Shown: positions 9,666-21,173, numbered from the stretch's first letter. The stretch: DNA of 46,341 bases from Spirochaetota bacterium (GCA_050298055.1 JBNKTL010000040.1:1-46341); one strand, 5' to 3'. A program made the numbers and translations. The notes: generated from the sequence alone by a model not told the origin.

Positions 9666-9947
9666 ATGACAAACGATTTTCAGGAAAAAGAGTTTGACGA
9701 TGAAGTTTACGAAGATGACTTCTATGATGATGAAGAAGAATTAGAGGATGAGGACACGTCTTCGTACAGCGATGATGATGACTCCGAAGGAGAGGAAGTC
9801 AAGGTGCATATGAGTTTTGCCTGTGAGGATTGTGATTACAGATGGGATGACATTGTCGTTAAGATCAAAGGCAATCTTGAAGACGAAGAGGAAGAGTTAG
9901 AGGTTATCTGCCCCATGTGTGGTTCTATGAACATTACACAGATATGA
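9666..9947 (+). CDS. Highly acidic small protein with zinc ribbon
   Basis: D/E-rich N-terminus; CEDC...CPMCGS; ATGA overlap with uvrA. Confidence 0.8.
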   Translation: MTNDFQEKEFDDEVYEDDFYDDEEELEDEDTSSYSDDDDSEGEEVKVHMSFACEDCDYRWDDIVVKIKGNLEDEEEELEVICPMCGSMNITQI

Positions 9948-12751
9948 GTTCGCGAAATATTATTGTTAAAGGGGCGCGTGAACATAATCTCAAAAACATC
10001 TCACTGGAAATTCCCCGGGACAAACTTGTAGTCATTACCGGGCTTTCGGGGTCGGGAAAATCATCACTTGCATTTGATACCATTTACGCGGAAGGTCAGA
10101 GAAGATACGTAGAATCGCTCTCTGCCTACGCGCGGCAGTTCCTCGGTCTCATGGAGAAACCCGATGTGGATTTCATCGACGGTCTCTCCCCCGCCATATC
10201 AATCGAACAGAAAACAACCCACCGCAACCCCCGGTCCACTGTGGGGACGGTGACCGAAATATACGATTACTTCAGGCTGCTCTTTGCCCGGATAGGGGTC
10301 CCCTACTGTTACAAGTGCGGTAAAAGGATAACGTCCCAGTCCGTGGACCAGATCGTTGAGTCCATCATGACCTTTAAGACCGGGACAAAGATGCAGATAC
10401 TTGCCCCCGTGGTGAAAGGACGAAAGGGCGAGCATGTTGAGGAGCTTGAGTCCGCCCGGAAGAAGGGTTTCGTGAGGGTGAGGGTGGACGGCGAGATAAG
10501 GACCCTGGATGAAGATATCAGGCTGGAAAAAAACAAAAAGCACACCATCGAGGTGGTTGTTGACAGGCTGGTGAAAAAGGACGGCATCCGGCCGCGGCTG
10601 GCGGATTCCGTTGAAACGGCCATGGATATTTCCGACGGCCTGATCCTTGTCCTCATGGGCAGCGAGGAGAAGCTCTTCTCCTCAAAGCTCTCATGCCCCG
10701 ACTGCAATATCTCCATCCCCGAACTCTCCCCCCGGATGTTCTCCTTTAACAGCCCTTACGGCGCCTGCGAGAAGTGCAGCGGCCTGGGATTTATCATGAG
10801 GTTTGATCCCGAGAGGATCGTCTCCGACCCGGAAAAGTCCCTTAACGAGGGGGTCCTGGAGGTCTGGGGAAAAACCACAAGTTACTGGTACCTGGAACAG
10901 ATTGCCGCCCTGGAGAAGAGCCTCAGGTTCAATGCCGACACTCCCTGGAAGGACCTCCCCGAGAGGGTGAAAAACGTGATCCTCTACGGGTCCGGCGGAA
11001 ACAAAATGAACTACGATGTGAAACGGAGCGACGCGGAATACAGGTTCGCGAGAAAATTCGAGGGTGTTCTTCCCAACCTGGAAAGACGGTACAGGGAGAC
11101 CAAGTCCGAGAACATGCGGATCTGGATGGAAGGCTACATGTCAAACCAGGATTGTGACAGCTGCGGGGGCAGGAGGCTGCGTCCCGAAAGCCTGGCGGTG
11201 AAGGTCTCCGGCAGGTCCATCGACGAGATTACGGCCCTTTCCATAAAAGACGCGTATACGCATTTTGCGGAGATAAAACTCAATATGACCGAGGCCAAGA
11301 TAGCGAAACAGGTCCTCAAGGAGATAACATCAAGGCTCAAGTTCCTCAACGACGTGGGGATCGAGTACCTGACACTGGACAGGGCGGCGGGTACACTCTC
11401 CGGGGGAGAGTCCCAGAGGATCCGCCTGGCCACCCAGATCGGTTCGAGCCTCACCGGTGTCCTCTATGTCCTGGATGAACCGAGTATCGGCCTTCACCAG
11501 CGGGACAACGGCAAGCTCCTCAAGACACTCATGGAGATGAGGGACCTGGGGAATACGGTGATCGTTGTGGAACATGATGAAGAGACCATCAGGCTCGCGG
11601 ACTATGTCGTGGACCTTGGCCCCGGCGCCGGGCTCCACGGGGGATATGTTGTCTGTACCGGCGTCCCCCGGGAGATGGAGGGTTGTGACAAGTCAATAAC
11701 AGGGGACTTCCTGTCGGGAAGAAAGAAGATAGAGGTGCCGGATAAAAGACGGGAACCGGCGGCGCACATAGAAGTGAAGGGCGCGGCGGAGAACAATCTC
11801 AGGAACCTCAATGTCAAATTCCCCCTGGGGGTCTTTACCGCCGTCACCGGTGTTTCCGGTTCGGGAAAATCCACCCTTGTCATCGAGACCCTTTATAAAG
11901 CATTGTCTTCACTTCTCATGAGGTCCAAGGAGTACCCGGGGAAGTTCAAGGAAATCAGGGGACTGGAAAACGCGGACAAGGTGATCGATATCGACCAGTC
12001 TCCCATCGGCAGGACTCCCCGCTCCAACCCCGCCACCTATACCGGCCTTTTTACTCCTATCCGCGACCTCTTCGCCAAACTGCAGGAGTCGAAGATCAGG
12101 GGTTATGCCCCGGGAAGGTTCTCTTTCAATGTCCCGGGAGGAAGGTGCGAGTCGTGCCAGGGTGACGGGCTCAAAAAGATCGAGATGCACTTCCTCCCCG
12201 ACGTCTATGTGACCTGCGAGGTCTGCAAGGGGAAGAGATACAACCACGAGACCCTTGAGGTGAGGTACAAGGGGAAGAATATCCATGAAATCCTGGAGAT
12301 GACCGTTGAGGAGGCCCTTGAGTTTTTCGAGAGCATTCCTCCCGCCCGGTCGAGGCTTGAGACCCTGAACAACGTGGGCCTCGGGTATATCAGGCTGGGG
12401 CAGTCAGCCACAACCCTCTCGGGGGGCGAGGCCCAGCGGGTGAAGCTTGCAACGGAGCTTTCCAAGAGGGCCACGGGAAAGACCATCTACATCCTCGATG
12501 AGCCCACCACCGGGCTTCATTTCGCCGATATCAAGAGGCTGATCAGTGTCCTCAACTCTCTTGTGGAGAAGGGAAATTCCGTGATCGTTATAGAGCACAA
12601 CCTGGATGTGATAAAGACCGCGGACTGGGTCATCGACCTGGGCCCCGAAGGGGGAGACAGCGGGGGCACGGTTGTGGCGGAAGGTACTCCCGAGGATGTA
12701 GCGAAGGTCAGGTCATCTTACACCGGGCAGTATTTGAAAAAGATTCTTTGA
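9944..12751 (+). CDS. uvrA: Excinuclease ABC subunit A (start revised to 9944)
   Basis: GAREHNLKN, two ABC cassettes ([27 protein letters not shown]), zinc fingers. Confidence 0.98.
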   Translation: MSSRNIIVKGAREHNLKNISLEIPRDKLVVITGLSGSGKSSLAFDTIYAEGQRRYVESLSAYARQFLGLMEKPDVDFIDGLSPAISIEQKTTHRNPRSTVGTVTEIYDYFRLLFARIGVPYCYKCGKRITSQSVDQIVESIMTFKTGTKMQILAPVVKGRKGEHVEELESARKKGFVRVRVDGEIRTLDEDIRLEKNKKHTIEVVVDRLVKKDGIRPRLADSVETAMDISDGLILVLMGSEEKLFSSKLSCPDCNISIPELSPRMFSFNSPYGACEKCSGLGFIMRFDPERIVSDPEKSLNEGVLEVWGKTTSYWYLEQIAALEKSLRFNADTPWKDLPERVKNVILYGSGGNKMNYDVKRSDAEYRFARKFEGVLPNLERRYRETKSENMRIWMEGYMSNQDCDSCGGRRLRPESLAVKVSGRSIDEITALSIKDAYTHFAEIKLNMTEAKIAKQVLKEITSRLKFLNDVGIEYLTLDRAAGTLSGGESQRIRLATQIGSSLTGVLYVLDEPSIGLHQRDNGKLLKTLMEMRDLGNTVIVVEHDEETIRLADYVVDLGPGAGLHGGYVVCTGVPREMEGCDKSITGDFLSGRKKIEVPDKRREPAAHIEVKGAAENNLRNLNVKFPLGVFTAVTGVSGSGKSTLVIETLYKALSSLLMRSKEYPGKFKEIRGLENADKVIDIDQSPIGRTPRSNPATYTGLFTPIRDLFAKLQESKIRGYAPGRFSFNVPGGRCESCQGDGLKKIEMHFLPDVYVTCEVCKGKRYNHETLEVRYKGKNIHEILEMTVEEALEFFESIPPARSRLETLNNVGLGYIRLGQSATTLSGGEAQRVKLATELSKRATGKTIYILDEPTTGLHFADIKRLISVLNSLVEKGNSVIVIEHNLDVIKTADWVIDLGPEGGDSGGTVVAEGTPEDVAKVRSSYTGQYLKKIL

Positions 12752-13199
12752 TGCATGCTCCCTTCACTCAACAGGAGCTGACTTTTACCTGGTAATTCAG
12801 GATTTTTTTCACTCCAATTATTTTTTCCCAGACTCTCTCCTCAATTTTTGTGTAATCACTGAATTCATGATAGAGAAAAATCAACTTCTCTGAGTTCCCG
12901 GTTCCCGTGTAAAGGGGGAAATATAAAAAAAAATTTATCAAAAAAAAATAAAATATCAATTATTTTTTTGTACAAAAAAAAATAAAACTAAGTATATTAT
13001 AACAAGGGGATTGAAATCAACTGACAACTATTATGTTATCCCGTTCTGTCCGGGAGCCGGGTTTTTATAAAGGTTCTCTGTGCTCATGAGAGGTTCTTTT
13101 TTGAAGCGACTTTTCCGGATTTCAGCGCAACCGGGCGGGCTTAACAGGTTTTATTTGAAGAAATAAAAAATATAGCATGAGTAAAGATGAGATTCTATT

Positions 13200-14804
13200 A
13201 TGAAACATAAGAGTTCTTTTCAAAAGTTTTTTTATTTACTCTTGGTTTTACTATTCTCTGCCGGGGCATTAACAGGCTGTGACAGAGCTGAATTCTTCAA
13301 TTTTCCCTTGCATTCCGTCACCTACAATGGCAACGGCGCGGCAGGAGGGACAGTCCCCGTTGACACTACTTACTATGAAGAGGGCCAGTCCGTCACAATC
13401 CTGGGAAACACGGAAGGCCTGACCAGAACAGGCTACGGCTTTGCCGGGTGGAACACCGCGAAAGACGGCAGCGGTACAACATATACCGGAGGCAATAGCT
13501 TTTCCATGGGGAGCGAAAACGTGGTCCTCTATGCCAGGTGGACTGATGGATTTGCTACAACCTGGAAGACGGACAACCCCGGCGATTCAGACGATGACCA
13601 GATAACCATCCCAATATATTTCGGAACATATGATTACTCCGTAGACTGGGGAGACGGCAATACCGATACTAATATAACAACCGCGATAACCCATACCTAT
13701 GCTTCTCCCGGCACATATGTGGTAATTATCACCGGAACATTTCCGGCAATATACTTTAATGGTACCGGAGACAGGGAGAAAATTCTGACTATTGAGCATT
13801 GGGGAGCAATTGCATGGCAAAATATGCTTAATGCGTATTCCGGATGCAAAAACCTCACCTCTAACGCCGCCGATGCCCCTGATCTCACAAATGTCACAAG
13901 TATGCAGAATATGTTTTCTGGTGCTACTTCATTTAATGGAGACCTCAACAGTTGGGATGTGAGCAATGTCACAAATATGAGCTATATGTTTTATGGTGCC
14001 ACTTCTTTTAATGGAGATATCAGCAGTTGGGATGTGAGCAATGTCACAATTATGCCTGCTATGTTTCAGGGCGCTACTTCTTTTAATAGAGATCTCAGCA
14101 GCTGGGATGTGAGTAGTGTTACAGCTATGTATACTATGTTTCAGGGCGCTGCTTCTTTTAATGGAGATATGAGTGGCTGGAATGTGAGCAGTGTCACAAA
14201 TATGAGTAGTATGTTTTTGGGAGCCGCTTCTTTTAATCAAGATCTCAGTTCCTGGGGCCCGTATCTTGGCAGTGTCACAAATATGAGCAGTATGTTTTAT
14301 GGAGCCGCTTCTTTTAATCAAGACCTCAGTTCCTGGGGTCCGTATCTTGGCAGTGTCCAAAATATGAGCAATATGTATCGTGATGCAGCATCCTTTAATG
14401 GAGATCTCAACGGCTGGAATGTAAGCGGTGTCACAGATATGAGCTATATGTTTTATGGAGCCGCTTCTTTTAATCGAGACCTCAGTTCCTGGGGCCCGAA
14501 TCTTGGCAGTGTCACAACGATGCAATGTATGTTTTATGGTGCCGATTCCTTTAATGGAAGCCTCGCTAACTGGAATGTGAGCAGTGTCACAGATATGAGC
14601 TTTATGTTTTTTTATGCCGATTCTTTTAATGGAGATATGAGCGGCTGGACTTTAGGCAGTGTCACAAATATGAACTATATGTTTTACTACGCCTCTGTTT
14701 TTTCAGGACATGATCTCAGCGGCTGGGACGTGACCAGTAATCCCAGCCACTTAAATTTTTCAACAGGCTGGGGTGCAGGGAACACTGAACCAACCTGGCC
14801 ATAA
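13200..14804 (+). CDS. BspA-like/DUF285 repeat surface lipoprotein with InlB-B/Listeria-Bacteroides repeat and PKD-like domain
   Basis: Lipobox [13 protein letters not shown]...LYARW; VDWGDG...HTY; about 11 repeats of [20 protein letters not shown]. Confidence 0.9.
   Translation: MKHKSSFQKFFYLLLVLLFSAGALTGCDRAEFFNFPLHSVTYNGNGAAGGTVPVDTTYYEEGQSVTILGNTEGLTRTGYGFAGWNTAKDGSGTTYTGGNSFSMGSENVVLYARWTDGFATTWKTDNPGDSDDDQITIPIYFGTYDYSVDWGDGNTDTNITTAITHTYASPGTYVVIITGTFPAIYFNGTGDREKILTIEHWGAIAWQNMLNAYSGCKNLTSNAADAPDLTNVTSMQNMFSGATSFNGDLNSWDVSNVTNMSYMFYGATSFNGDISSWDVSNVTIMPAMFQGATSFNRDLSSWDVSSVTAMYTMFQGAASFNGDMSGWNVSSVTNMSSMFLGAASFNQDLSSWGPYLGSVTNMSSMFYGAASFNQDLSSWGPYLGSVQNMSNMYRDAASFNGDLNGWNVSGVTDMSYMFYGAASFNRDLSSWGPNLGSVTTMQCMFYGADSFNGSLANWNVSSVTDMSFMFFYADSFNGDMSGWTLGSVTNMNYMFYYASVFSGHDLSGWDVTSNPSHLNFSTGWGAGNTEPTWP
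13920..14740 (+). repeat. Intragenic 75-bp and 81-bp tandem repeats (DUF285 units)
   Basis: Near-identical 81-bp units start at 14220, 14301 and 14457. Confidence 0.85.
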
Positions 14805-15085
14805 TTCCGGGAAAGGGTCCTGGCACAGGGCCGGGACCCGGAAGATGATATAACAGCGGAAATATAATGACTATGAAAGTGTATCCGCCGTAACACCAAT
14901 TCTGAATATGAAATTTTTCCGAACAATCCCTTTTTTTCCTTGATAAATATCCTATCGCCTGTGAGATTATGTCACATGATCCGATTGCCGGGGCTGGGGT
15001 GATTTATCAGCCGGTAAAAAATCGTATTTCGAGACATAATTTACGTCGATATTAAGAGTAAATATTCGTTCAGATCTTCATTAAT

Positions 15086-17179
15086 ATGAAAAAAATGGAT
15101 AAAAACCCGATTTTTCCCCTTCATAAATGTATAACAGCGTCTCTGCTGGTTTTCTCGATTTTATTTCCGGGAGAGATCTTCCCCGATTCACGGGACTTTG
15201 TTAAGTTTGAAATGGCAAAATCCTCATTCAGGAGGGGGATGAACTTCTTTAATAAAATGCAGTACCTTGCAGCGGTGGAATTTTTCAGAAAGGCCGTGAA
15301 AGAGTATCCCGATTATACCTCCGCCCGTGACTACCTGGCCCGGTCATACCTTCTCGCCGGTTTTACGGACGAATCTCTCAGGGAGCTTGAAAACTACTCT
15401 GAGCTTGTACCCGATGATGTCTCCATAAAGGGGCGGATCAATTCTCTCCGGTACAGGGAGGCGGGGATAGATACGGGCTTCAGGTATAATAATATCATTC
15501 TCAACGAAATCTATTATTCCAGCAGGCTGAAGATGTACGGCTTCAGCGGCCCCATTGACCTTACGGTGGACAGGGAGAAGAACATCTATATTACCTCGTT
15601 TGCTTCGGGGAAGGTGATCAAGATCGATTCCAACGGGGAGGGGATTGCAACCGTGAGGCCCGACCTGGACTCGCGGCTTTACGGTATTGACAACCATAAG
15701 GGAAAGCTTGCGGTGTCCGATTTTAAAAGAGACCTTGTCTATTTCATGGACCCGGAGGGGAGGGTCATCTCCTCCATGGGGGGCCCCGGAAAGGGCGAGG
15801 GCAGGTTCTATGGTCCCCAGGGTGTATGCTTCGATACACAGGGATACCTCTATGTTGTTGATTCGGGAAACAGCCGGGTCCAGAAGTTTGATAAAAAGGG
15901 ACGGTTTGTACTCCAGTTCGGGAAAAAAGGGGAGTATGAGGGCGAGCTTGATAATCCCACGGACATTGCGGTAAGCGGGTCCGGGGTTTATATTACCGAT
16001 ACAGGGAACAGGCGGCTTGCTCTTTTCGATGAATCGGGGAATTTCAGAGAAAACCGTGAGGTCAGGGGAATGGAATCTCCCCGGGGGATTACCGGCCACG
16101 GGAACAAGCTCCTCATATCCGACAGCAAAAACGGACTTATCATATATGACACAGAGAACAAAACATCCGCTCTCTTTAACGCGTGGGAGGGAGAGCTGGG
16201 GAAATTCGGCAGGTTGACCTCGGCCATTGTCGACAGGGACGGTTATATCTACAGCCTTGATAACCATTACGAGGCTGTTATGCTCTTTTCCCCTGTGGAG
16301 AAGGTCTACTCCAATATCGAACTGGAGATTACCTCTGTCGATACGTCAAATTTTCCCACGGTGGCCTTTTATCTCAATGTCAGGGGGAAGGACGGGCGCC
16401 CCGTCTATAACCTCGATTCCCGGAATTTCAGGATCACCGAGGACAAGGCCCGGATAACCCGCTTTGAAACAGATTATTTGAAAAACATGGCCAGGTCGGC
16501 CTCCATCATACTCTGCGTGGACAGATCGGAGGAGGCCAGGGGATTTCATAACGAGATTCCCTGGGTCTCGGACTTCATTCTGAAAAAGATGAAGAAAAAC
16601 GACAGCATCAAGCTGATAAATTTCAACAGCGATTACCGGGAGGTCACCGGGTTTGACTGGAGCCGGAGGAGGACCCTCAGGGCCCTCAGGAGGCGTAATG
16701 AAAAAAGTGACAGAGAGGGAAAGAAAATCTCCATCTATAAAAGCGGAAAGAATGTTGGGGCAACCCTCTACAATGCCCTGTCGCAGCTCCTGGGAAGGCT
16801 CAACAGGAGAGGGATCGTCCTGGTCACAGACGGTTCGGTATCGGAAGATTCTTATACCAGGTATACCGAGAGAAATATTATTAATTACGCGAAGACGCAT
16901 TACATACCGGTTTACATAATATCTTTCAGAGAGCCCCACTCTTCCCTGGTAAGAATTGCCCGGGAAACCGGGGGATTTACCGCCCGGCCCAGCCAGTTGA
17001 ACAGCCTCAGAAAGATCTATGACAGGATAAAGGGGAACGAGGAGTACAGGTATGTACTTGTCTACTCCACCTATAAGCCTGCCTCTTTTACAGGGTGGTG
17101 GTCAAACGTGAAGCTTGAAGTTAAATACAAGAACCGGCAGGGGCTTATCTGGGGAGGTTATTTTGTACCAGGGCAGTAA
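15086..17179 (+). CDS. TPR + NHL beta-propeller + vWA-like domain protein
   Basis: N-terminal TPR; FYGPQGV...YVVDSGNSRVQKFD NHL repeats; ILCVDRS...IVLVTDG...IARETGG. Confidence 0.85.
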   Translation: MKKMDKNPIFPLHKCITASLLVFSILFPGEIFPDSRDFVKFEMAKSSFRRGMNFFNKMQYLAAVEFFRKAVKEYPDYTSARDYLARSYLLAGFTDESLRELENYSELVPDDVSIKGRINSLRYREAGIDTGFRYNNIILNEIYYSSRLKMYGFSGPIDLTVDREKNIYITSFASGKVIKIDSNGEGIATVRPDLDSRLYGIDNHKGKLAVSDFKRDLVYFMDPEGRVISSMGGPGKGEGRFYGPQGVCFDTQGYLYVVDSGNSRVQKFDKKGRFVLQFGKKGEYEGELDNPTDIAVSGSGVYITDTGNRRLALFDESGNFRENREVRGMESPRGITGHGNKLLISDSKNGLIIYDTENKTSALFNAWEGELGKFGRLTSAIVDRDGYIYSLDNHYEAVMLFSPVEKVYSNIELEITSVDTSNFPTVAFYLNVRGKDGRPVYNLDSRNFRITEDKARITRFETDYLKNMARSASIILCVDRSEEARGFHNEIPWVSDFILKKMKKNDSIKLINFNSDYREVTGFDWSRRRTLRALRRRNEKSDREGKKISIYKSGKNVGATLYNALSQLLGRLNRRGIVLVTDGSVSEDSYTRYTERNIINYAKTHYIPVYIISFREPHSSLVRIARETGGFTARPSQLNSLRKIYDRIKGNEEYRYVLVYSTYKPASFTGWWSNVKLEVKYKNRQGLIWGGYFVPGQ

Positions 17180-17182
17180 TCT

Positions 17183-17834
17183 ATGGAACGGAACGACGGA
17201 AAAAAGTTCTCTGAAATATATCAGGGAATCCTTCGCCGCGTCTCTTTCCGGTTCGGGAGTGAGTTCTCCCCGGGTCCTGGAGATGATGAGAAGAGTTCCC
17301 CGGCACCGCTTTGTGTCGGAGGCCCTGCGCTACAATGCGTATAAGGACGTCTCCCTGCCGATCGGTTTCGGTCAGACAGTGTCACGGCCATCAGTGATCG
17401 CAAGGATGGTAGAGGCCCTGGACCTCAAAGGACGGGAAAGGGTCCTTGAGATCGGGACCGGTTCCGGTTATCAATCGGCCATACTGGCGGGTTTGTGCGG
17501 TTACCTTGTTACCGTTGAGAGGATAGGGGAGCTCAAGAGGAGGGCCGAACGCCTGCTGAATTCCCTGAACTATAGGAATATCGGCTTTATCCACTCGGAT
17601 GATTTTAACGCGGCAAGGGGCGCTTTTGACTCAATTATCGTGGCCGCGGGGGCCGATATTCTCCCGGAGGATATCCTCAATAAGCTGGAGGATGGGGGCA
17701 GGCTTGTCATCCCGGTGAGCAACGGTTCCGGCCATACGATCAGAAAAATCATCAAGGTGAGGGGCTATGAGACAACTACGGAGGATATCGGAGAGGCCAC
17801 ATTCGTCCCCTATATCACCGGGGAGCCTCTTTAG
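17183..17834 (+). CDS. pcm: Protein-L-isoaspartate O-methyltransferase (start uncertain; possible frameshift near 17200)
   Basis: VPRHRF, AYKDVSLPIGFGQTVSRP, VLEIGTGSGYQ, FDSIIV, GGRLVIPV, FVP. Confidence 0.88.
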
Positions 17835-17887
17835 TACTTCGACTGCGTGATTTTTAACTCATCATGTTTGTTAAAAATCACGCGGGC

Positions 17888-18823
17888 TCAGCACGAGGAG
17901 AGAATTTTATCTCCGAGCCATTTCATTGATTTTCTAAACTGTTCGCTTCCCCCCGCGTCGTTTCCTTCTTCGGGATAGACCTCAATTGTCTTTTCACATT
18001 CAAGGTGATTAAAAAGGGCAAAGACACACTCAGGGGGAGAAATCGTGTCCTTGAGGCCCACTGTCACAAGAACCGGCTGTTTTACCCTGTCACTGAAATT
18101 GATGGCATCGAAGTAGGTCAGGTTGTCCTTGATAACTTTTTTATTCCCCTTTCGGGAAGTTATGAACTCGTTTATCTCCCCGGTAGCATCACTGGTGGAG
18201 ATGTTCTGTCCCAGGGGAAGATAGCTGAATGAGGGCGTTTCCAGTACAAGGGCTTTCACCCGGTCTGAAAATGCCGCGGTAAAAAGCGCGGCAGCTGCCC
18301 CGAATCCCTTTCCCATGAGGCCTATTGAGCTGCAGTCAAGATCCTTGTTCAGCCGGAGTACATCAATAGACCTGTAAACATCAAGGAAGGCGGCTTTCAC
18401 ATAGTAGGTATTGATATCAAGGATATGTTCGATCATGAAACCGGGGGTTTTCGGTTCGCCCTCCTTCCGGGTGTGGAGCCGGTCATGCCCCCGCAGCCTC
18501 AGGAACAGGTATGCGAACCTGTTGTCCAGTTTGTCTCTTCTGAACCGCGTATTACTGTTATAATCATGAATGTCAATGATGACTCTCGGTTTTTTCTTTT
18601 TTGAAGGAACAAGGAGCTCACCGGTAATACCGGTTTTGAGAAAACCGCTGTAAGTGACCCTGTAAGACAGAAAACGATCTTCAGGTTTTTTCTCCTTCTG
18701 GAAGTCAGGATTTATGGGATTTTTTTTAAAATCAGCAAGGGACCTGTCCCAGAATTTAAAAAAGTTACCGGCCCTGTCAAAGGGAGGAAGATGCAGAAAG
18801 TATTTATCGAAGGTGGCCGCCAT
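17888..18823 (-). CDS. Acetylxylan esterase/cephalosporin deacetylase (CE7)-like alpha/beta hydrolase, apparently non-catalytic
   Basis: FFKFW, LRGH, YYVKAAFLDVYR, LTYFDAINF, GLKDTISPP; nucleophile elbow reads GKGFG. Confidence 0.8.
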   Translation of the reverse strand: MAATFDKYFLHLPPFDRAGNFFKFWDRSLADFKKNPINPDFQKEKKPEDRFLSYRVTYSGFLKTGITGELLVPSKKKKPRVIIDIHDYNSNTRFRRDKLDNRFAYLFLRLRGHDRLHTRKEGEPKTPGFMIEHILDINTYYVKAAFLDVYRSIDVLRLNKDLDCSSIGLMGKGFGAAAALFTAAFSDRVKALVLETPSFSYLPLGQNISTSDATGEINEFITSRKGNKKVIKDNLTYFDAINFSDRVKQPVLVTVGLKDTISPPECVFALFNHLECEKTIEVYPEEGNDAGGSEQFRKSMKWLGDKILSSC

Positions 18824-18824
18824 G

Positions 18825-19253
18825 TCAGATCTGGGTAAAAAGGTATATGCGGTAATAGTTGAAATTGAGGATCAGGGAGAGGAGAGTGATGACTATACCG
18901 CTTGTGATCAGGATAAGAAAAAATGTCAGTATCGCTCTTAATGGCCTCATGAGCAGATATTTTATGATCTGAGAAGTTGTAAAGCCGTCTCTGTGCATTC
19001 GAATGATTTTTAAAACAAGCATCAGGATAATAATAAAAAGAACAACAAATATTGAAACGTCCCTGACAATAAAGTTGAAAGCACTTTTCCGGTTTATCGC
19101 GAAGAGGCTGATCGGGAGAACCAGAAGGTCCATGATCACAATTGATATGAGAGCTGCAATTAATATAAACGCGGAGAGTGTAAATAGCTCTTTTAGTCTC
19201 CCCAGGTTGCTTTTCTGTTCATAGTGTGAGTGCTGGTTCATTGTTGTCACCAA
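18825..19253 (-). CDS. Hypothetical membrane protein (about 3 TM)
   Basis: Three hydrophobic segments; operonic spacing. Confidence 0.75.
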   Translation of the reverse strand: MVTTMNQHSHYEQKSNLGRLKELFTLSAFILIAALISIVIMDLLVLPISLFAINRKSAFNFIVRDVSIFVVLFIIILMLVLKIIRMHRDGFTTSQIIKYLLMRPLRAILTFFLILITSGIVITLLSLILNFNYYRIYLFTQI

Positions 19254-19281
19254 CAGGTCCGTCTTGATAAGAGTCGTAAAT

Positions 19282-20526
19282 CTACTTACTGTTTTTTATA
19301 CTCTTGATGTTTCTGCCGGCCTGTTCTTTATTCTGCTTCCGTTTAGTCCTGTTTCCCTCGATCTCTTTCAGGGCCTTTTCCGCTTCGGCCCTTACCTTTT
19401 TACTCGGATCATATTTTAATTTATATTTTAAAATGTCAACAGTTCTTTCATCATCGATTTCTTTAATAAGGGATATGGCTTTTAACCTGACAGCGGTATT
19501 GTCGCTTTTCAGCGCTTCCAGGAGCTTCTCAAAGGCACTTTTATCACCAAGCTTCACAAGTGCGGCAACTGAATAGATGCTGAGGTTGTAGTATCTCTTT
19601 TTTTTCTTAAAGGGGTAAGAATCAATCTCTTTGAGTACATCTTTTATGATCCCGGTTGATTCGGCAGCTCCGAGCTTCGAAAGTGAGTTTACCGCGTATG
19701 CCCGTATTACCAGGTCTTCCTCCGGGTCCTTGTAGAGCTCCGTGAGGATTCTTTTTGATTCCGGGGCTTCTATTCTGCCCAGGTAGAGCACAAAAGACTC
19801 TCTGACCAGTTTCGTCGTTTTCGGGTCCCTGATTTTCTCAATGGCAAATGTAATAAGTTCCTTTGCTTGAAAAGAGCCGAGGGTCTGTATGAGGGTTCCG
19901 GTGAGGTTGGAATCCTTTCTCAGGTCCTGTTTTTTCAGCTTCCCGATCAGTTTGTCCTTTCCCTGCACTCCATTCAGTTTCTTCAGGGCATATGCAGACG
20001 CGATTGCCACGTCCTCATCTTCGTTGTCTATATGAACGATGATCGGGTCTATGGCTTTGAGAATTTTCATATCTGCCGCCGTGTATATTGCCTTCTTGAG
20101 TACCTGGGGATTAATTTCTTTGCCGATAAGCTTTACCAGTTTATCCTCAAGACGAATCCGGAACTCATCCATCCTGATCATCTTGATCCTGTTCAGCGCT
20201 TCAAGCCTGTCCTTCTGGATACCGTAATCCAGGGTGTTTTCAATGTATTCGGTCCTCTTTTTCTCCTTTTCTCTTTTTGCCTTGAGTTTTTTCAGCTCCT
20301 TTTCACTCAACTGCGGTTTCTGTGTCCCGCTGGATTTTCCGGTTCCGGTCTTTTCGGAAGGGGAGGTCCCTGCTTTTTTGTTGGCGTTGATGCCGGGAGA
20401 TGACTTTTTTGCGGTCATCTCCTTTTTTTCTGCCGGATTTTGTTTGATGGTTTCCCGGGTGTATGCTACCCGGATATTGAAAAAAATAAGGAGAGTCGCG
20501 GATATGATGATAACGGTTGATCGCAT
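19282..20526 (-). CDS. Exported HEAT-repeat protein (start revised to MRSTVII)
   Basis: Signal peptide; D...VR..A...L repeats. Confidence 0.8.
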   Translation of the reverse strand: MRSTVIIISATLLIFFNIRVAYTRETIKQNPAEKKEMTAKKSSPGINANKKAGTSPSEKTGTGKSSGTQKPQLSEKELKKLKAKREKEKKRTEYIENTLDYGIQKDRLEALNRIKMIRMDEFRIRLEDKLVKLIGKEINPQVLKKAIYTAADMKILKAIDPIIVHIDNEDEDVAIASAYALKKLNGVQGKDKLIGKLKKQDLRKDSNLTGTLIQTLGSFQAKELITFAIEKIRDPKTTKLVRESFVLYLGRIEAPESKRILTELYKDPEEDLVIRAYAVNSLSKLGAAESTGIIKDVLKEIDSYPFKKKKRYYNLSIYSVAALVKLGDKSAFEKLLEALKSDNTAVRLKAISLIKEIDDERTVDILKYKLKYDPSKKVRAEAEKALKEIEGNRTKRKQNKEQAGRNIKSIKNSK

Positions 20527-20533
20527 CTTATTT

Positions 20534-21148
20534 TTACCTGTTGACCTTGTAGGCAACCCATTTTGTTCCCGCGGAGTCTTTCTTGTAGCTTATAAATTGT
20601 TCGTCAATAAGTTCATCAAGGAGAATAACAAGTTTCTCCGGCCTGATTGCAAATACGGATTTAAGGTTTTCCAGGAGAGAAGAAAACTCAAGGAGATACC
20701 AGCTTCCTGTTTTGTCCTTTTTCCCGCCGGTTATTATCTCCTTTAAAAGTTCAGTCTTTATCTTTTGAGACATGTTCTCTCTTGACAGGTTGATAAATTT
20801 ATCATTTATGTCCCTGAGACGTTTTGTTAAAAACTGGATAACACCTATTGCAAACTGGTGATTCTCCTTTATACTTGTATCAAATGATACCTTGTCCATC
20901 TCAATGAGCTGACAGTCATCCAGGGCCACGGCATCGGCTGACCGGGGAAGAGAATCGATGACAGCCATTTCGCCTACAAATTCACCCTCTCCCAGGACCT
21001 GCAGGGTCTTCTGGATATTCCCCGATTTTTTCTTTATTTCAACTTTACCTTTATGGATCATGTAAAGGACATCGGCATTATCACCCTCTTTAAAGATTAA
21101 TTCACCCTTTTGAATCTTTTTCCCATATATATCAAATAACCTGCTCAT
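20534..21148 (-). CDS. Cyclic-nucleotide-binding Crp/Fnr-family protein
   Basis: IFKEGD, GEFVGEMAVID, PRSADAVA. Confidence 0.88.
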   Translation of the reverse strand: MSRLFDIYGKKIQKGELIFKEGDNADVLYMIHKGKVEIKKKSGNIQKTLQVLGEGEFVGEMAVIDSLPRSADAVALDDCQLIEMDKVSFDTSIKENHQFAIGVIQFLTKRLRDINDKFINLSRENMSQKIKTELLKEIITGGKKDKTGSWYLLEFSSLLENLKSVFAIRPEKLVILLDELIDEQFISYKKDSAGTKWVAYKVNR

Positions 21149-21173
21149 TGTGCCTCCCTGATGTCCCTTAATA

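Noticed and set aside
13920..14740. Tandem DNA repeats as a CRISPR array
   Set aside because: They are in-frame coding repeats of a DUF285 protein.
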